Shown here: piece after piece, positions 53,249-61,576 of the stretch
Numbering within the stretch: position 1 is the stretch's first letter
Layout of the letters: each line of letters starts with the position of its first letter
From: a virus
IMG/VR virus record: IMGVR_UViG_3300037420_001136
Location: 1-64,000 of that record
Direction: 5' to 3' (one strand)
DNA: 64,000 nt
Position numbers and translations under genes: made by a program
Notes under the pieces: model-generated
Seen by the model: only the letters and a program-made list of their open reading frames with translations
What the model was told of the DNA's origin: nothing
The model's database searches: none

Positions 53249-53743
53249 CTAGACTAATGACAGACGTAAACGCTCGTACTCTTCGAGCTGGTCGTCTTGC
53301 AGCCCCATCCCGCTCTCTGTACGAATGGACTCCAGCCACTCTAGGCGACGCTGGTTGGCTACGTTCTGCGGACTGGTCTTCTCGTCGTCTCCTGTGAGGA
53401 TCCAGTCCTCAAAGAAGTCGTTTAGGAACAACGAGGCCAGACCGAGGTCTGAGTTGCGATTCTCTATCGCCTTCATCTCGTGATACTCGCCGTTGCAGAA
53501 GCTATATAGCTCGCTGTCAAGATAGGCGTCTGGCCTCACGTGTGCGGGCAGTGGCTCCGACTCTGGCGCTCGTTCCGTCGCGCTGAGAGTACCGATGGCG
53601 GCGTTGATCTTTTCCAGATGTGCGCTCCAGCGATCAGGAACTTCTCGCACAGGCTGAGGAATAGCCATCACGCCTCGAGTCTCCTCGTCGACGCAGTTCA
53701 TAGCCTTGATTATATGCGGGTGAGTCTCAGCGTTGATTATCAT
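53249..53743 (-). CDS. Hypothetical protein
   Basis: 164 aa, acidic, ATGA-coupled. Confidence 0.55.
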   Translation of the reverse strand: MIINAETHPHIIKAMNCVDEETRGVMAIPQPVREVPDRWSAHLEKINAAIGTLSATERAPESEPLPAHVRPDAYLDSELYSFCNGEYHEMKAIENRNSDLGLASLFLNDFFEDWILTGDDEKTSPQNVANQRRLEWLESIRTESGMGLQDDQLEEYERLRLSLV

Positions 53744-53973
53744 GCCACCTTATCCTTCGGGGAACTAAGTAGTCTCTCCATCTGCGTCTGGAGATCGCAC
53801 CACCCGTGGAACGCGATGATAGCTCCATCGGGCCACCGTTCGCACTCTGCGAGAATTATGTACTTCTTGTCCTCGGACCTCCGGATATAGCTTCCCTCGT
53901 CTCGCGCCATCTCGCGACACTTACCTCGAGCCCTATCCTCCTCAGGGGTTCTCTGTCCCCGCCTCGTCCTCAT
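53740..53973 (-). CDS. Hypothetical protein
   Basis: 77 aa in operon order. Confidence 0.4.
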   Translation of the reverse strand: MRTRRGQRTPEEDRARGKCREMARDEGSYIRRSEDKKYIILAECERWPDGAIIAFHGWCDLQTQMERLLSSPKDKVA

Positions 53974-54045
53974 CGTCTTCTTCTTCAGCCTGCTCGGCTA
54001 GGCGAATTCTGTCCAACTCGCTCATAGCCTTAGCAGAAGGTTCAG

Positions 54046-54234
54046 TCATCTTATCTCGCTGGAACCTCTCGCTCTCAGCAAGTCTCTTCGCCTCCTCGGC
54101 AGCGTCGCGATGCGTACGGAGAGGCGTGTTGCGAAGATCCCCAGCCAACCGAACGCCAGTATCCAGGCGATCAGCTCTGCGATTAGCCACTCCGGAGGAA
54201 TCCCTAGGCGCTCTTTTAGGGAGGGGTCGAGCAT
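54046..54234 (-). CDS. Small membrane protein
   Basis: One hydrophobic segment followed by a basic tail. Confidence 0.4.
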   Translation of the reverse strand: MLDPSLKERLGIPPEWLIAELIAWILAFGWLGIFATRLSVRIATLPRRRRDLLRARGSSEIR

Positions 54235-54246
54235 CCTCGGGATCCT

Positions 54247-54552
54247 TCACGACTCGCTCTCTTCCGGAGGACCCATCCCACGAAACCATCTGCTCTTCTC
54301 CGGAGTCTCGCGAAATGTACTCTCCTCGCGATATCCTGGTCGCTGATCTTCCTGCTCGCTGTAGTCGACGACCTCCATGGAGGCGATCAGATCGACTGGA
54401 AACACGAGCTCCTTGGACTCGGCCCCTGTTGGAATTAGATCGTGCGGAAGCTCGAGACGAACGAACGATCCTTCAGCCGACCACAGCTCGACCTCTGTCT
54501 TCAGAGGCTCCCGCGACTCGTCTCGCCAGACGATGGTAATCTTCGTAGGCAT
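54247..54552 (-). CDS. Hypothetical protein
   Basis: TGATG-coupled to the upstream gene. Confidence 0.5.
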   Translation of the reverse strand: MPTKITIVWRDESREPLKTEVELWSAEGSFVRLELPHDLIPTGAESKELVFPVDLIASMEVVDYSEQEDQRPGYREESTFRETPEKSRWFRGMGPPEESES

Positions 54553-55046
54553 CAGTGCCCTCGCGCCAGAAAGGCCAGAAGATCTTCCGGACTGTCGAAG
54601 CTGAGAACGTCGCCCAGACCCGGAATGTGGGTGCGATGAACTCCTCCGCGAATCTCGTCACGATTCCGATCTGCTGCGGCCTTGTTCAGCCTCTCAATTA
54701 GGAACGGCTCCTTCGTCTGGGAGCAGCTCGTCACGAACGTCTTCGTAGGCTCGTGCGCTCCGGCCAGACAAACAGTCAGTCCCTTCAGGACGCCTTGGAT
54801 GACGGGGTCGCTGTCGTAGGAGCCGCTCAGCACAGCGTGGATCTGCATCCTGTCGGTGGGATGCTCGGGCTGGCCTTGCTCGTAGGCCGTCTGCATTATC
54901 TGCTGATGAATGTTGCCTGCCAGCACTCGAACGAAGTTCATCACTTCTTCGTTCGTCACCAGCTCCTGCATCGCTTGACGATTCGCCTTGGCCTGAGGGC
55001 TGTCTCCATGAGAGAGGCAGTTAGGATTTCCGCAACTGTGCGACAT
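54552..55046 (-). CDS. Hypothetical protein
   Basis: AAGGAGA RBS; N-terminal HxCxxxxCxxH; first gene after promoter copy 11. Confidence 0.6.
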   Translation of the reverse strand: MSHSCGNPNCLSHGDSPQAKANRQAMQELVTNEEVMNFVRVLAGNIHQQIMQTAYEQGQPEHPTDRMQIHAVLSGSYDSDPVIQGVLKGLTVCLAGAHEPTKTFVTSCSQTKEPFLIERLNKAAADRNRDEIRGGVHRTHIPGLGDVLSFDSPEDLLAFLARGH

Positions 55047-55075
55047 GGGAAGACTCTCCTTTACCTACAGCCTAC

Positions 55076-55105
55076 AGCATAAGGGCGCGTTGCTCCAGCC
55101 GCAAG
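55076..55105 (-). promoter_or_regulatory. Phage promoter motif copy 11
   Basis: Minus strand CTTG-cggctg-GAGC-aacgcgccct-TATGCT. Confidence 0.7.
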
Positions 55106-55121
55106 GCTGGACTTGTCAAGG

Positions 55122-55694
55122 CTAGCTGGGACGAGCGTCGCTGCTGCGGCCTAGCTTCTGGAAAAGGGGAATTCGGCCTCCCTTAAGCGCTGGGCCATCC
55201 ATCTCACCGCATCCACGTCCCGGAACATTCTCGTTCTCAGATCGGAAGCCGACAAAGTCCTTCCAATGACGCCAGCCGCTCCGACAGTGGAAGCCCCAGT
55301 GACGCCACACCGGTCCGGTGAAGAACAGGGTAATAACTGGTTCATCTTGCCGGACAACGAGGCGATGTGCTGCCGAAGGGCCGCGAACTCGTAGATGTCC
55401 CTCTGTGAGTGGTGCCGTCTGCTCAACTCCGCCAGCCGCGATTGTAACTTCCTGATACGCTCCTCGTACGAGCAGCGACATATTGATCCATGGATGGTCA
55501 TGGAGAGCCTCGTCCCTGTCACTCTTGATGATCTTGTGGAGATAAAGGTTGAACCACTTGTTTCGCGGGATCACCCACCATCTAATGAGGTACGGATCCT
55601 CGCGGCCACCGATGAAGAAGTCGGCCTCACGACTACTCATGACGTGATCACACCAACGCTGGATACGAGATAGCATGAAGCGAGGAATTCTCAT
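55122..55694 (-). CDS. Cupin-fold protein
   Basis: YL.RW, LH....SD.D.ALHDHPW...S....G.Y.E, HR and TLF.TGP....WGF motifs. Confidence 0.75.
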   Translation of the reverse strand: MRIPRFMLSRIQRWCDHVMSSREADFFIGGREDPYLIRWWVIPRNKWFNLYLHKIIKSDRDEALHDHPWINMSLLVRGAYQEVTIAAGGVEQTAPLTEGHLRVRGPSAAHRLVVRQDEPVITLFFTGPVWRHWGFHCRSGWRHWKDFVGFRSENENVPGRGCGEMDGPALKGGRIPLFQKLGRSSDARPS

Positions 55695-55843
55695 TGCTAT
55701 TTTCCCTTATTGAAGTCCTGCTCAGAGCGACGAACAAGCTCGCGCTCGATCATCTCTGCCGTCGCGTGCGCTCCCAACTCAATTGCTCTGTGCATCTGCT
55801 CACGGAGTTCCTCCGTCGAGCGTTCCGTTATTCCAAAGCGCAC

Positions 55844-56146
55844 TCATACCCCCACTCGTATCGTTCTAGTGTCGCCTCCGCACCGAGGACATTTTGCTTC
55901 CATTTCTTGCTGCGGCGTCTGTACCTCGTCGCTGTACTGAGCGTTCCACCCGCAGAACTTCTCTCTGAGCTGGGTGACGTGACGGCACTTGCGACGGAAC
56001 ATGAAGCCGTCGCACTCGCAGCTATCCATCGTCTCGTCGTTCGTTACGACGACGTGATAAGTTCTGTCACCCTTGGAGCTCGGTACGTCCTCGCTCAAAC
56101 CGTCGAGGGCGCAGATCTGCACATACTCTATCGTGAGATCAGGCAC
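55844..56146 (-). CDS. SWIM zinc-finger protein
   Basis: Y.V......SCECDGF.FR.KCRHV plus a C-terminal CPRCG. Confidence 0.75.
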   Translation of the reverse strand: MPDLTIEYVQICALDGLSEDVPSSKGDRTYHVVVTNDETMDSCECDGFMFRRKCRHVTQLREKFCGWNAQYSDEVQTPQQEMEAKCPRCGGDTRTIRVGV

Positions 56147-56408
56147 CGATCGCGTCCAGGTCGTTTCGAGTGACTTGAGAGCCGTTCACACACTTCGCGG
56201 CGTCGATGCGGACGGTCAAGTCGTCGATCGCCTGCTGAATACCTTTCTTCCCCGCCGGATACTTCTTACCCGTGATGTTACCCGCCGTTCGGCGACAGTT
56301 GGTCGAGGTATAGGCTCGATTCAGCTTAAAACCCTTCTGCAGAGCTTTGAGGCCGCTCCGGACTGCCAGAGCCTGATAGAGCCGAGGCCCGTCTAGTACT
56401 TCACTCAT
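56139..56408 (-). CDS. Hypothetical basic protein
   Basis: AAGGAGG RBS; first gene after promoter copy 12. Confidence 0.6.
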   Translation of the reverse strand: MSEVLDGPRLYQALAVRSGLKALQKGFKLNRAYTSTNCRRTAGNITGKKYPAGKKGIQQAIDDLTVRIDAAKCVNGSQVTRNDLDAIGA

Positions 56409-56432
56409 GGGGTTATCCTCCTTTGCACCGCC

Positions 56433-56462
56433 AGTATGGCGCGGGGTTGCTCCTAACGCAAC
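56433..56462 (-). promoter_or_regulatory. Phage promoter motif copy 12
   Basis: Minus strand GTTG-cgttag-GAGC-aaccccgcgc-CATACT. Confidence 0.7.
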
Positions 56463-56701
56463 GGGCGTTTAGTCTGCCGACCACCTACGTTGTCGCCAAG
56501 ATCCTCGTCACGGATTGTGTAGCGGCTGTTGGAGATGCTGTCGAGAATAGTCTCCACAGCATCGTCCCTCGCCTGCTTTGAGTTGTATGCCTCGGCAGAG
56601 TCGCCCATGACGTTTCCGTTGATGTGGCGAAATCTCCAGTACCAGCGACGAGGGCCGATTCCACCGACGCGACGACTGTACTTCTCAATCTTCAGAGGCA
56701 T
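56453..56701 (-). CDS. YegP/DUF1508-like protein
   Basis: WYWRF...NG.V...SAE.Y.SK....DAV motif. Confidence 0.65.
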   Translation of the reverse strand: MPLKIEKYSRRVGGIGPRRWYWRFRHINGNVMGDSAEAYNSKQARDDAVETILDSISNSRYTIRDEDLGDNVGGRQTKRPLR

Positions 56702-56960
56702 ACAACTCTCCCTGCTTTCCTGACTTGACGAGATTTAAGATCTTGAGACCTGCGTGCTGTGTGCAGAGCCTCTGATCTCCCACTATCCAGCGAGCATGTC
56801 GCATACAGGTTCGCGGGTCGAGACCATTCTGACGACTGCGAGTCTCGCGATAACCAGCCCAATAAATCTCCTTCAGCTCGACCTGCGGAAGCTCGCACTG
56901 AATCTTCTCGTACGGAGGTCCGTCCAACTCTATGACGGTTGGAAGGCGAAGATCACCCAC
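56685..56960 (-). CDS. Hypothetical protein (Cys/His motif)
   Basis: QC......C.R.A.......LC.QHAG. Confidence 0.5.
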   Translation of the reverse strand: MGDLRLPTVIELDGPPYEKIQCELPQVELKEIYWAGYRETRSRQNGLDPRTCMRHARWIVGDQRLCTQHAGLKILNLVKSGKQGELYASED

Positions 56961-57117
56961 GGATGAGCTTCCCGAGACCGAAGAAGACGATCATCAGGAA
57001 CCATCCGAAGAAGAGTAGTACGACGATTCCCAGGAACCAGTGGACTGTGAACCAAGCGAGGAGTATCTCCAGACGTCCCGGAGGGCAGGTGTAGAGATCG
57101 CTGACGTAATCGTTCAT
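56953..57117 (-). CDS. Small membrane protein (54 aa)
   Basis: MNDYVSDLYTCPPGRLEILLAWFTVHWFLGIVVLLFFGWFLMIVFFGLGKLIRG; ATGA-coupled. Confidence 0.45.
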   Translation of the reverse strand: MNDYVSDLYTCPPGRLEILLAWFTVHWFLGIVVLLFFGWFLMIVFFGLGKLIRG

Positions 57118-57278
57118 GCCTTGTGACTTTCACAGATAATGACCTTACCCGAAGATGCTTTGATCTTGGCTGGCACGAATTCGGTGCCGTCGGCACGGCG
57201 TATGAAGACGTCGGGTTCTCGCCGACCTATCATCGCCAGGATCGTAGCATCCTTAAGCTCGTTCATGAAGCGAAGCAT
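57114..57278 (-). CDS. Hypothetical protein (54 aa)
   Basis: Fills the gap in operon order; MLRFMNELKDATILAMIGRREPDVF... Confidence 0.45.
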   Translation of the reverse strand: MLRFMNELKDATILAMIGRREPDVFIRRADGTEFVPAKIKASSGKVIICESHKA

Positions 57279-57280
57279 TC

Positions 57281-57514
57281 TCACTCGTCGATGCTCCCAT
57301 CCGCTCCGCGGAACGAGCGCACTGCGTCTCGGGCATTCATCCGCGCAATTCTCGCCGGCTCGCCCTTCTCGCGCTCGCTACGATAGATTGAGTTGTACAC
57401 CATCGCCTCGGCGACAGCCTCCATCATGAGTGTCCAACCTTCAGTGATCTCGAAGCTCTGCTCACCCAGAAAGCCTCGCACCTTGACGGGTCGCTTCTTC
57501 TTTTCGCTCGCCAC
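57281..57514 (-). CDS. Hypothetical protein
   Basis: AGGAGG RBS; first gene after promoter copy 13. Confidence 0.55.
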   Translation of the reverse strand: MASEKKKRPVKVRGFLGEQSFEITEGWTLMMEAVAEAMVYNSIYRSEREKGEPARIARMNARDAVRSFRGADGSIDE

Positions 57515-57542
57515 GGGGATATCCTCCTGCTGCTACCCTGCC

Positions 57543-57572
57543 AGTATGGCGGCAGTTTCCTCGCACAGCAAG
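57543..57572 (-). promoter_or_regulatory. Phage promoter motif copy 13
   Basis: Minus strand CTTG-ctgtgc-GAGG-aaactgccgc-CATACT. Confidence 0.7.
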
Positions 57573-57718
57573 CCGCGACTTATCTAAGCGAGGCTGTGAT
57601 GCCGAAGATCAGAACCAGTAATAAGATCAGTGGCGTTGGTATAATGAGGCGCACTAGAATCTCCGTAGACCAGCGGATAAACCTTCCTCGTCTATCTCCC
57701 CTCGGAGGCCAAGTAGAA

Positions 57719-57979
57719 TCAGGACGAGGTATCAGCCTTCGCAGCATAGACTGTGACGACAGGGTGGCGAGTTCCGTAGACTCCAAGATAGATCGAGCCT
57801 CCGTTGTTGAGGCACTCCAGGTCCTCAGGATCTGGCTTCCACTTCGAGAGCATCATGGGAAGATCGTCAACTCCCGTGCAGACGTGGACGCTAAGAGCTC
57901 CGCACTCTCCCTTCTCGTGATCCCAGTCGCGAGGAGCACCAATACTGAGGGTTTCTTCTTCAATCGTTACGGGCTTCAC
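57719..57979 (-). CDS. Conserved phage hypothetical protein
   Basis: GAP.DWD...G.C..L.V....S.W.P..E.L..LN.GG...L...G..HP.V motif; AGGAGG RBS. Confidence 0.65.
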   Translation of the reverse strand: MKPVTIEEETLSIGAPRDWDHEKGECGALSVHVCTGVDDLPMMLSKWKPDPEDLECLNNGGSIYLGVYGTRHPVVTVYAAKADTSS

Positions 57980-58232
57980 TTAGCACCTCCTGAATCTCAA
58001 AGTCTCTCTTCGTCTTCCATATGTAGATCGCCCAATAGAGTCCCATGATCGAGAGACTAGCTCGTCCCAGACGAGAGTTCCAGGCCCACTCCCAACGAAG
58101 CTCGATGAAGCTGAACATCAGGCTTATGAGGAGAGTGCATCCGAGCATAAGTATGAGCCATACAATACTCGCAGCCGCGCCAGTTGTGAAGCCCTCCCAG
58201 AAGCCCTCGGTGAAGTCTGTCTTCCTACTCAT
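57960..58232 (-). CDS. Membrane protein
   Basis: Two hydrophobic segments; ATG 58232. Confidence 0.5.
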   Translation of the reverse strand: MSRKTDFTEGFWEGFTTGAAASIVWLILMLGCTLLISLMFSFIELRWEWAWNSRLGRASLSIMGLYWAIYIWKTKRDFEIQEVLSEARND

Positions 58233-58521
58233 CACGAGTCCTCTTCTCAGTCGAGCCCAGACGAACGAAGCGGTCAGTTTGACGGAACTGCATCTGCACC
58301 TTCCGGTCTGCGTAAGCCTCACCGAGAAAGTCCGTGCGACGAGTGATGGTAGGGTTCGACTTATTCACGTCAAGAAGCATCAGGGGAGGAATGGCGTTCT
58401 TAGGATCGAGGCTGGCGTGACTAAGACAAGTAGTGTAACCTAGATCCGCTCGGCGTGGGTTAATCTCGTCACCACATCCTCTTACTCGGCAGATGGGCCA
58501 CGGCTCTAGCTCTGTCTTCAT
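58225..58521 (-). CDS. DksA/TraR-like zinc-finger protein (putative)
   Basis: C....CGDEI...R...G...CL.H. Confidence 0.5.
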   Translation of the reverse strand: MKTELEPWPICRVRGCGDEINPRRADLGYTTCLSHASLDPKNAIPPLMLLDVNKSNPTITRRTDFLGEAYADRKVQMQFRQTDRFVRLGSTEKRTRDE

Positions 58522-58706
58522 GCCGCCGTGCTCAAGAGTCGCAGGAGTATCGCCTCAGCTATGACCGTCTGCCAGTTCTGCAAACCAGAGGATCCCAGAC
58601 TGTGGGGATCTAGTTGTCGCATGAAGCATAGCGAGCAGGCAGCTTGATAAGCGGGTCCTCCCACCGGGACGGCATAGACCGCGTTCACAATCTCTATTGG
58701 CAGCAT
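58518..58706 (-). CDS. Hypothetical protein
   Basis: 62 aa in operon order. Confidence 0.45.
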   Translation of the reverse strand: MLPIEIVNAVYAVPVGGPAYQAACSLCFMRQLDPHSLGSSGLQNWQTVIAEAILLRLLSTAA

Positions 58707-58715
58707 CTCGTCGCC

Positions 58716-59144
58716 TCAGTTCGAAGCATACTCAGCCCTATCCTGCTCGTGGAGTGCCAGCACCCTCCGCACAGCTTCGCTCTGATCTCGCGTGTCGAGA
58801 GAGCGGAACGTTGCGAAGTAACCCTCACGGTGTCGCAGCTCGTCCCATCTTCCCTCGGTGTCGCGATAGACTATCGGCATATCTCCGTGCGTGTTGAACA
58901 CCAAGTCCACCACGAACTCGGCGTCGTTAGTCACCGACTTGGTCGGCCATCTCTCGTCGTACAGATCATACACGCACACGACGCTAAGCTCCTCCCCAGA
59001 GCTCTCGTGAAACGTAGTGAATTTCTGGAAGAAGCAGTTCGCGTGACCAGTGCGCTGTGCCCATCGAATCTGCTCGCGGAGACGATCTGCCTCGATCGTC
59101 CACCCTGCGGCGTCCACCGCCGCAACCGCTGAGAGATCATCCAT
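58716..59144 (-). CDS. Conserved phage hypothetical protein
   Basis: DL......SVTNDAE.V......IVYRDTEG.WDEL motif; AGGAGG RBS. Confidence 0.65.
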   Translation of the reverse strand: MDDLSAVAAVDAAGWTIEADRLREQIRWAQRTGHANCFFQKFTTFHESSGEELSVVCVYDLYDERWPTKSVTNDAEFVVDLVFNTHGDMPIVYRDTEGRWDELRHREGYFATFRSLDTRDQSEAVRRVLALHEQDRAEYASN

Positions 59145-59176
59145 GGGGCGAGCCTCCTAGCTTCTGCTAACGTGCC

Positions 59177-59206
59177 ATTATGCGGCGGCACAGCTCTTAG
59201 CGCAAG
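59177..59206 (-). promoter_or_regulatory. Phage promoter motif copy 14
   Basis: Minus strand CTTG-cgctaa-GAGC-tgtgccgccg-CATAAT. Confidence 0.75.
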
Positions 59207-59520
59207 CGCCGAAGGCTCTCAGCGAGCTGTACGATTTGCTCGCGCTGACTCTTCATGAGCTCGGCGGCGTAAGGATTCTGCCTCACCAGGACAACTTGTC
59301 GCTTGGTACCACGCTCCGTTGTCGTGACGCCCTTTCTCAGCTGCTCCTCCAGCGTCATCATGTGGCGCGAGGCCGCAGCTAAATTCCCGTGACGAAGTGC
59401 GTTCAGACGAAGCTTCTTCGTTCTCAGTTTGGTCCCGTGCGGAAGCGACTTTCTCACGGCTTCGCGAAATGCCTTGGCGGTGAGACGAGACTTCTCGGTG
59501 GTGTTGCGACGATTGGACAT
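59197..59520 (-). CDS. Basic hypothetical protein
   Basis: AGGAG RBS before ATG 59520; Arg/Lys-rich. Confidence 0.55.
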   Translation of the reverse strand: MSNRRNTTEKSRLTAKAFREAVRKSLPHGTKLRTKKLRLNALRHGNLAAASRHMMTLEEQLRKGVTTTERGTKRQVVLVRQNPYAAELMKSQREQIVQLAESLRRLR

Positions 59521-59530
59521 TCTTGCTCCT

Positions 59531-59561
59531 AGAAAAGAGGGGCCGACATGCACGGCCCCTC
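59531..59561 (-). terminator. Rho-independent terminator
   Basis: Minus strand GAGGGGCCG-tgcatgt-CGGCCCCTC-TTTTCT. Confidence 0.7.
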
Positions 59562-59763
59562 ACCTTCAACTGTTGGGCTTCTCGAAACCTAGCTACGGCC
59601 AAGTCATAGTCGGGTCTCCGAGCAGTTGCGTGCGCCGGCGATCAGGCGCCGCGGCCGATGGCGATCGGGATGGAAGTGCTCAAAGAAATATCACGAGTAG
59701 GCTCGTGATAGATCACGTGCTGTACCTCATTTTCTTCTCCTTCGCTGGTTGATGCTACCAACA
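59531..59763 (-). ncRNA. Candidate ~230-nt small RNA / micro-ORF transcript
   Basis: Bounded by promoter copy 15 and a terminator; only micro-ORFs lie wholly inside; hairpin at 59689-59710. Confidence 0.4.
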
Positions 59764-59768
59764 CAAGC

Positions 59769-59798
59769 AGTATGGGGCGGTGCAGCTCGTCAGACAAG
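59769..59798 (-). promoter_or_regulatory. Phage promoter motif copy 15
   Basis: Minus strand CTTG-tctgac-GAGC-tgcaccgccc-CATACT. Confidence 0.75.
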
Positions 59799-60842
59799 CT
59801 CAGATTGTTCAGACGACAAGTCCACTACGTTCTGCGTTGACATATTCGTGACTCGAATATTCTCGGTTCCCAGAGTCTCCGCTACGGCGCGGGCTACGTC
59901 CATCAGCTCGTTCTCCGTAACCTCCGGTCGTCCGACGGAGATCTGCAACGTCACGCTCGTCTGCACCGAGACTGTGTGATTCTTGATGTACTCGCGCGCC
60001 GTGGGATTGCTTGACGAAGAGGCTATTCTCCGATACGTAGAAGAGGGTGCGCTGTACGAGTAACCGAAGTTCAGCCCAGAACCCTCCCAGCGATGGGTTC
60101 TACTTACACGATCTACGAAGACCTCGTCCTCGGAGCCTACGATCTGGTCAGCGATGATCTGCTCCACCTGGAAGGCGTACTTCGCGGTGCGGTCCTCCGT
60201 GAGATCGATCGTGCGAAGAATGTTGTAGGTGTACTCGGACTCCTGCTTTAGATCCATGATGCGAACGCCGCGATAATAGACGTGATTGCTGGGGCGATCG
60301 ATGACTTGAACAGACTCATCCTCTCGCACCGTCTTGCCATCCACGAGAAAGTGACGATCCATGTCGAGATACTCGTCCACGAACTTATCGCCGAATACGT
60401 AGATGTAGGTCGTCCCAGGATCATGCGCGCTGTAGTGATCTACGTCGACGTCAATCAGAGAAGTCACGCCTTTCTCGTCTCGTGTGTTCGTCTCCAGCTC
60501 CCGGAATGCCTGCCAGAGCTCCCAGTTCTTGCCAAGCTCGGTCGTAAACGGAAGCTTGGTGTAGCTGATGCGAGATAACAGACTGTTCTGCTTCTTCATG
60601 CGTACGAAGGCGAACTCCCTACCACGGAAGTCCTGCTTGGCAACGTAGAACTCGTAACGCTGAGCGTCGCGCCAGAGAACGACCTTGCATCCGTTCCGAA
60701 GAAGGACGGCGATCGCATACTTCAGACCGGTGCCGAAGTAGCCGAAGGGAGACGTGCTGTTGGGCTTGGCGTTAACGCCGAAGGTGGTGAATGACTCCAG
60801 CGGTATGAGATCTGGAGTACGGAAGGCTACGCAACGGGTCAT
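59790..60842 (-). CDS. GHKL (HATPase_c)-type ATPase domain protein
   Basis: FG.NAK....FGYFGTGLKYA.A.LLR and W..WQA.RE..N..DE motifs; GGAGG RBS. Confidence 0.65.
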   Translation of the reverse strand: MTRCVAFRTPDLIPLESFTTFGVNAKPNSTSPFGYFGTGLKYAIAVLLRNGCKVVLWRDAQRYEFYVAKQDFRGREFAFVRMKKQNSLLSRISYTKLPFTTELGKNWELWQAFRELETNTRDEKGVTSLIDVDVDHYSAHDPGTTYIYVFGDKFVDEYLDMDRHFLVDGKTVREDESVQVIDRPSNHVYYRGVRIMDLKQESEYTYNILRTIDLTEDRTAKYAFQVEQIIADQIVGSEDEVFVDRVSRTHRWEGSGLNFGYSYSAPSSTYRRIASSSSNPTAREYIKNHTVSVQTSVTLQISVGRPEVTENELMDVARAVAETLGTENIRVTNMSTQNVVDLSSEQSELV

Positions 60843-61123
60843 AAAAACCTCCACTTCGTCAGATCTACTGCGCCAGAAATTTCGGCCTCGACGTCTCGCG
60901 TGTCGAGACTGAAGTTTAGATCACCGATAGTCAGCGAGATGTGAGCCATCAAGTTCTTGTACGCGGGGCGATGAGAAATACTCACTAGAAGATCCATCGC
61001 TGTGTCTAGCGACTTAGTGCGAAAGTCGTACTTAGAACTTTCCTCGTCTTCGAAGTAGATGAATCCCTGGATGCGATAGAGTTCTAGGCTATCCTCAGTA
61101 GCGTTCTCGTCAGCTGACATCAT
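60839..61123 (-). CDS. Hypothetical protein
   Basis: Acidic ORF; ATG 61123 preferred. Confidence 0.45.
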   Translation of the reverse strand: MMSADENATEDSLELYRIQGFIYFEDEESSKYDFRTKSLDTAMDLLVSISHRPAYKNLMAHISLTIGDLNFSLDTRDVEAEISGAVDLTKWRFL

Positions 61124-61301
61124 TTGGGTCTGCCCTATCCTCTTTACGAATTTCGCCTTGGGTCTTGGGGAATTTGCCGTGCCACTTTCCTGTGTCGCAC
61201 TCCGAGCAGAGGACAGGCTTCCCCTTCGCCTTGTTGTACCAATAGGCTCCAAGCGCGGTGTTCTCGATGCAGCCGCATTGCGAGCAATGAAATAGAGGCA
61301 T
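61110..61301 (-). CDS. Small zinc-finger protein
   Basis: LF.CSQCGC.ENTAL..YW......LCSEC..GKWH..F. Confidence 0.65.
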   Translation of the reverse strand: MPLFHCSQCGCIENTALGAYWYNKAKGKPVLCSECDTGKWHGKFPKTQGEIRKEDRADPNDVS

Positions 61302-61576
61302 CAGTCATTATTCTTTCTTCGCCAGACGTAGTTGTCCCAGTGGACGTACTTGCCGTCGATCCACGTGTACCAATTTCGCACCCACGACGCGACGTTGTCG
61401 GGACCCACTGTGTCGTAGGTGTACTTGAAAGAGCTTAGTGGCTCGGCAGGTCTCTGAAGACACTCCACGCATATCGCGTGCGAGATAGCTCCAAAGACGC
61501 TGGCGCAGACGGCGACGTCTCGGTTACGACTACAGACGTCGCAGGTGCCGGGACGGAAGAGACCTGAGACGCTCAT
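61301..61576 (-). CDS. Small zinc-finger protein
   Basis: G.CDVC......V.AS..GA.S.A.C.EC....EP. Confidence 0.65.
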   Translation of the reverse strand: MSVSGLFRPGTCDVCSRNRDVAVCASVFGAISHAICVECLQRPAEPLSSFKYTYDTVGPDNVASWVRNWYTWIDGKYVHWDNYVWRRKNND

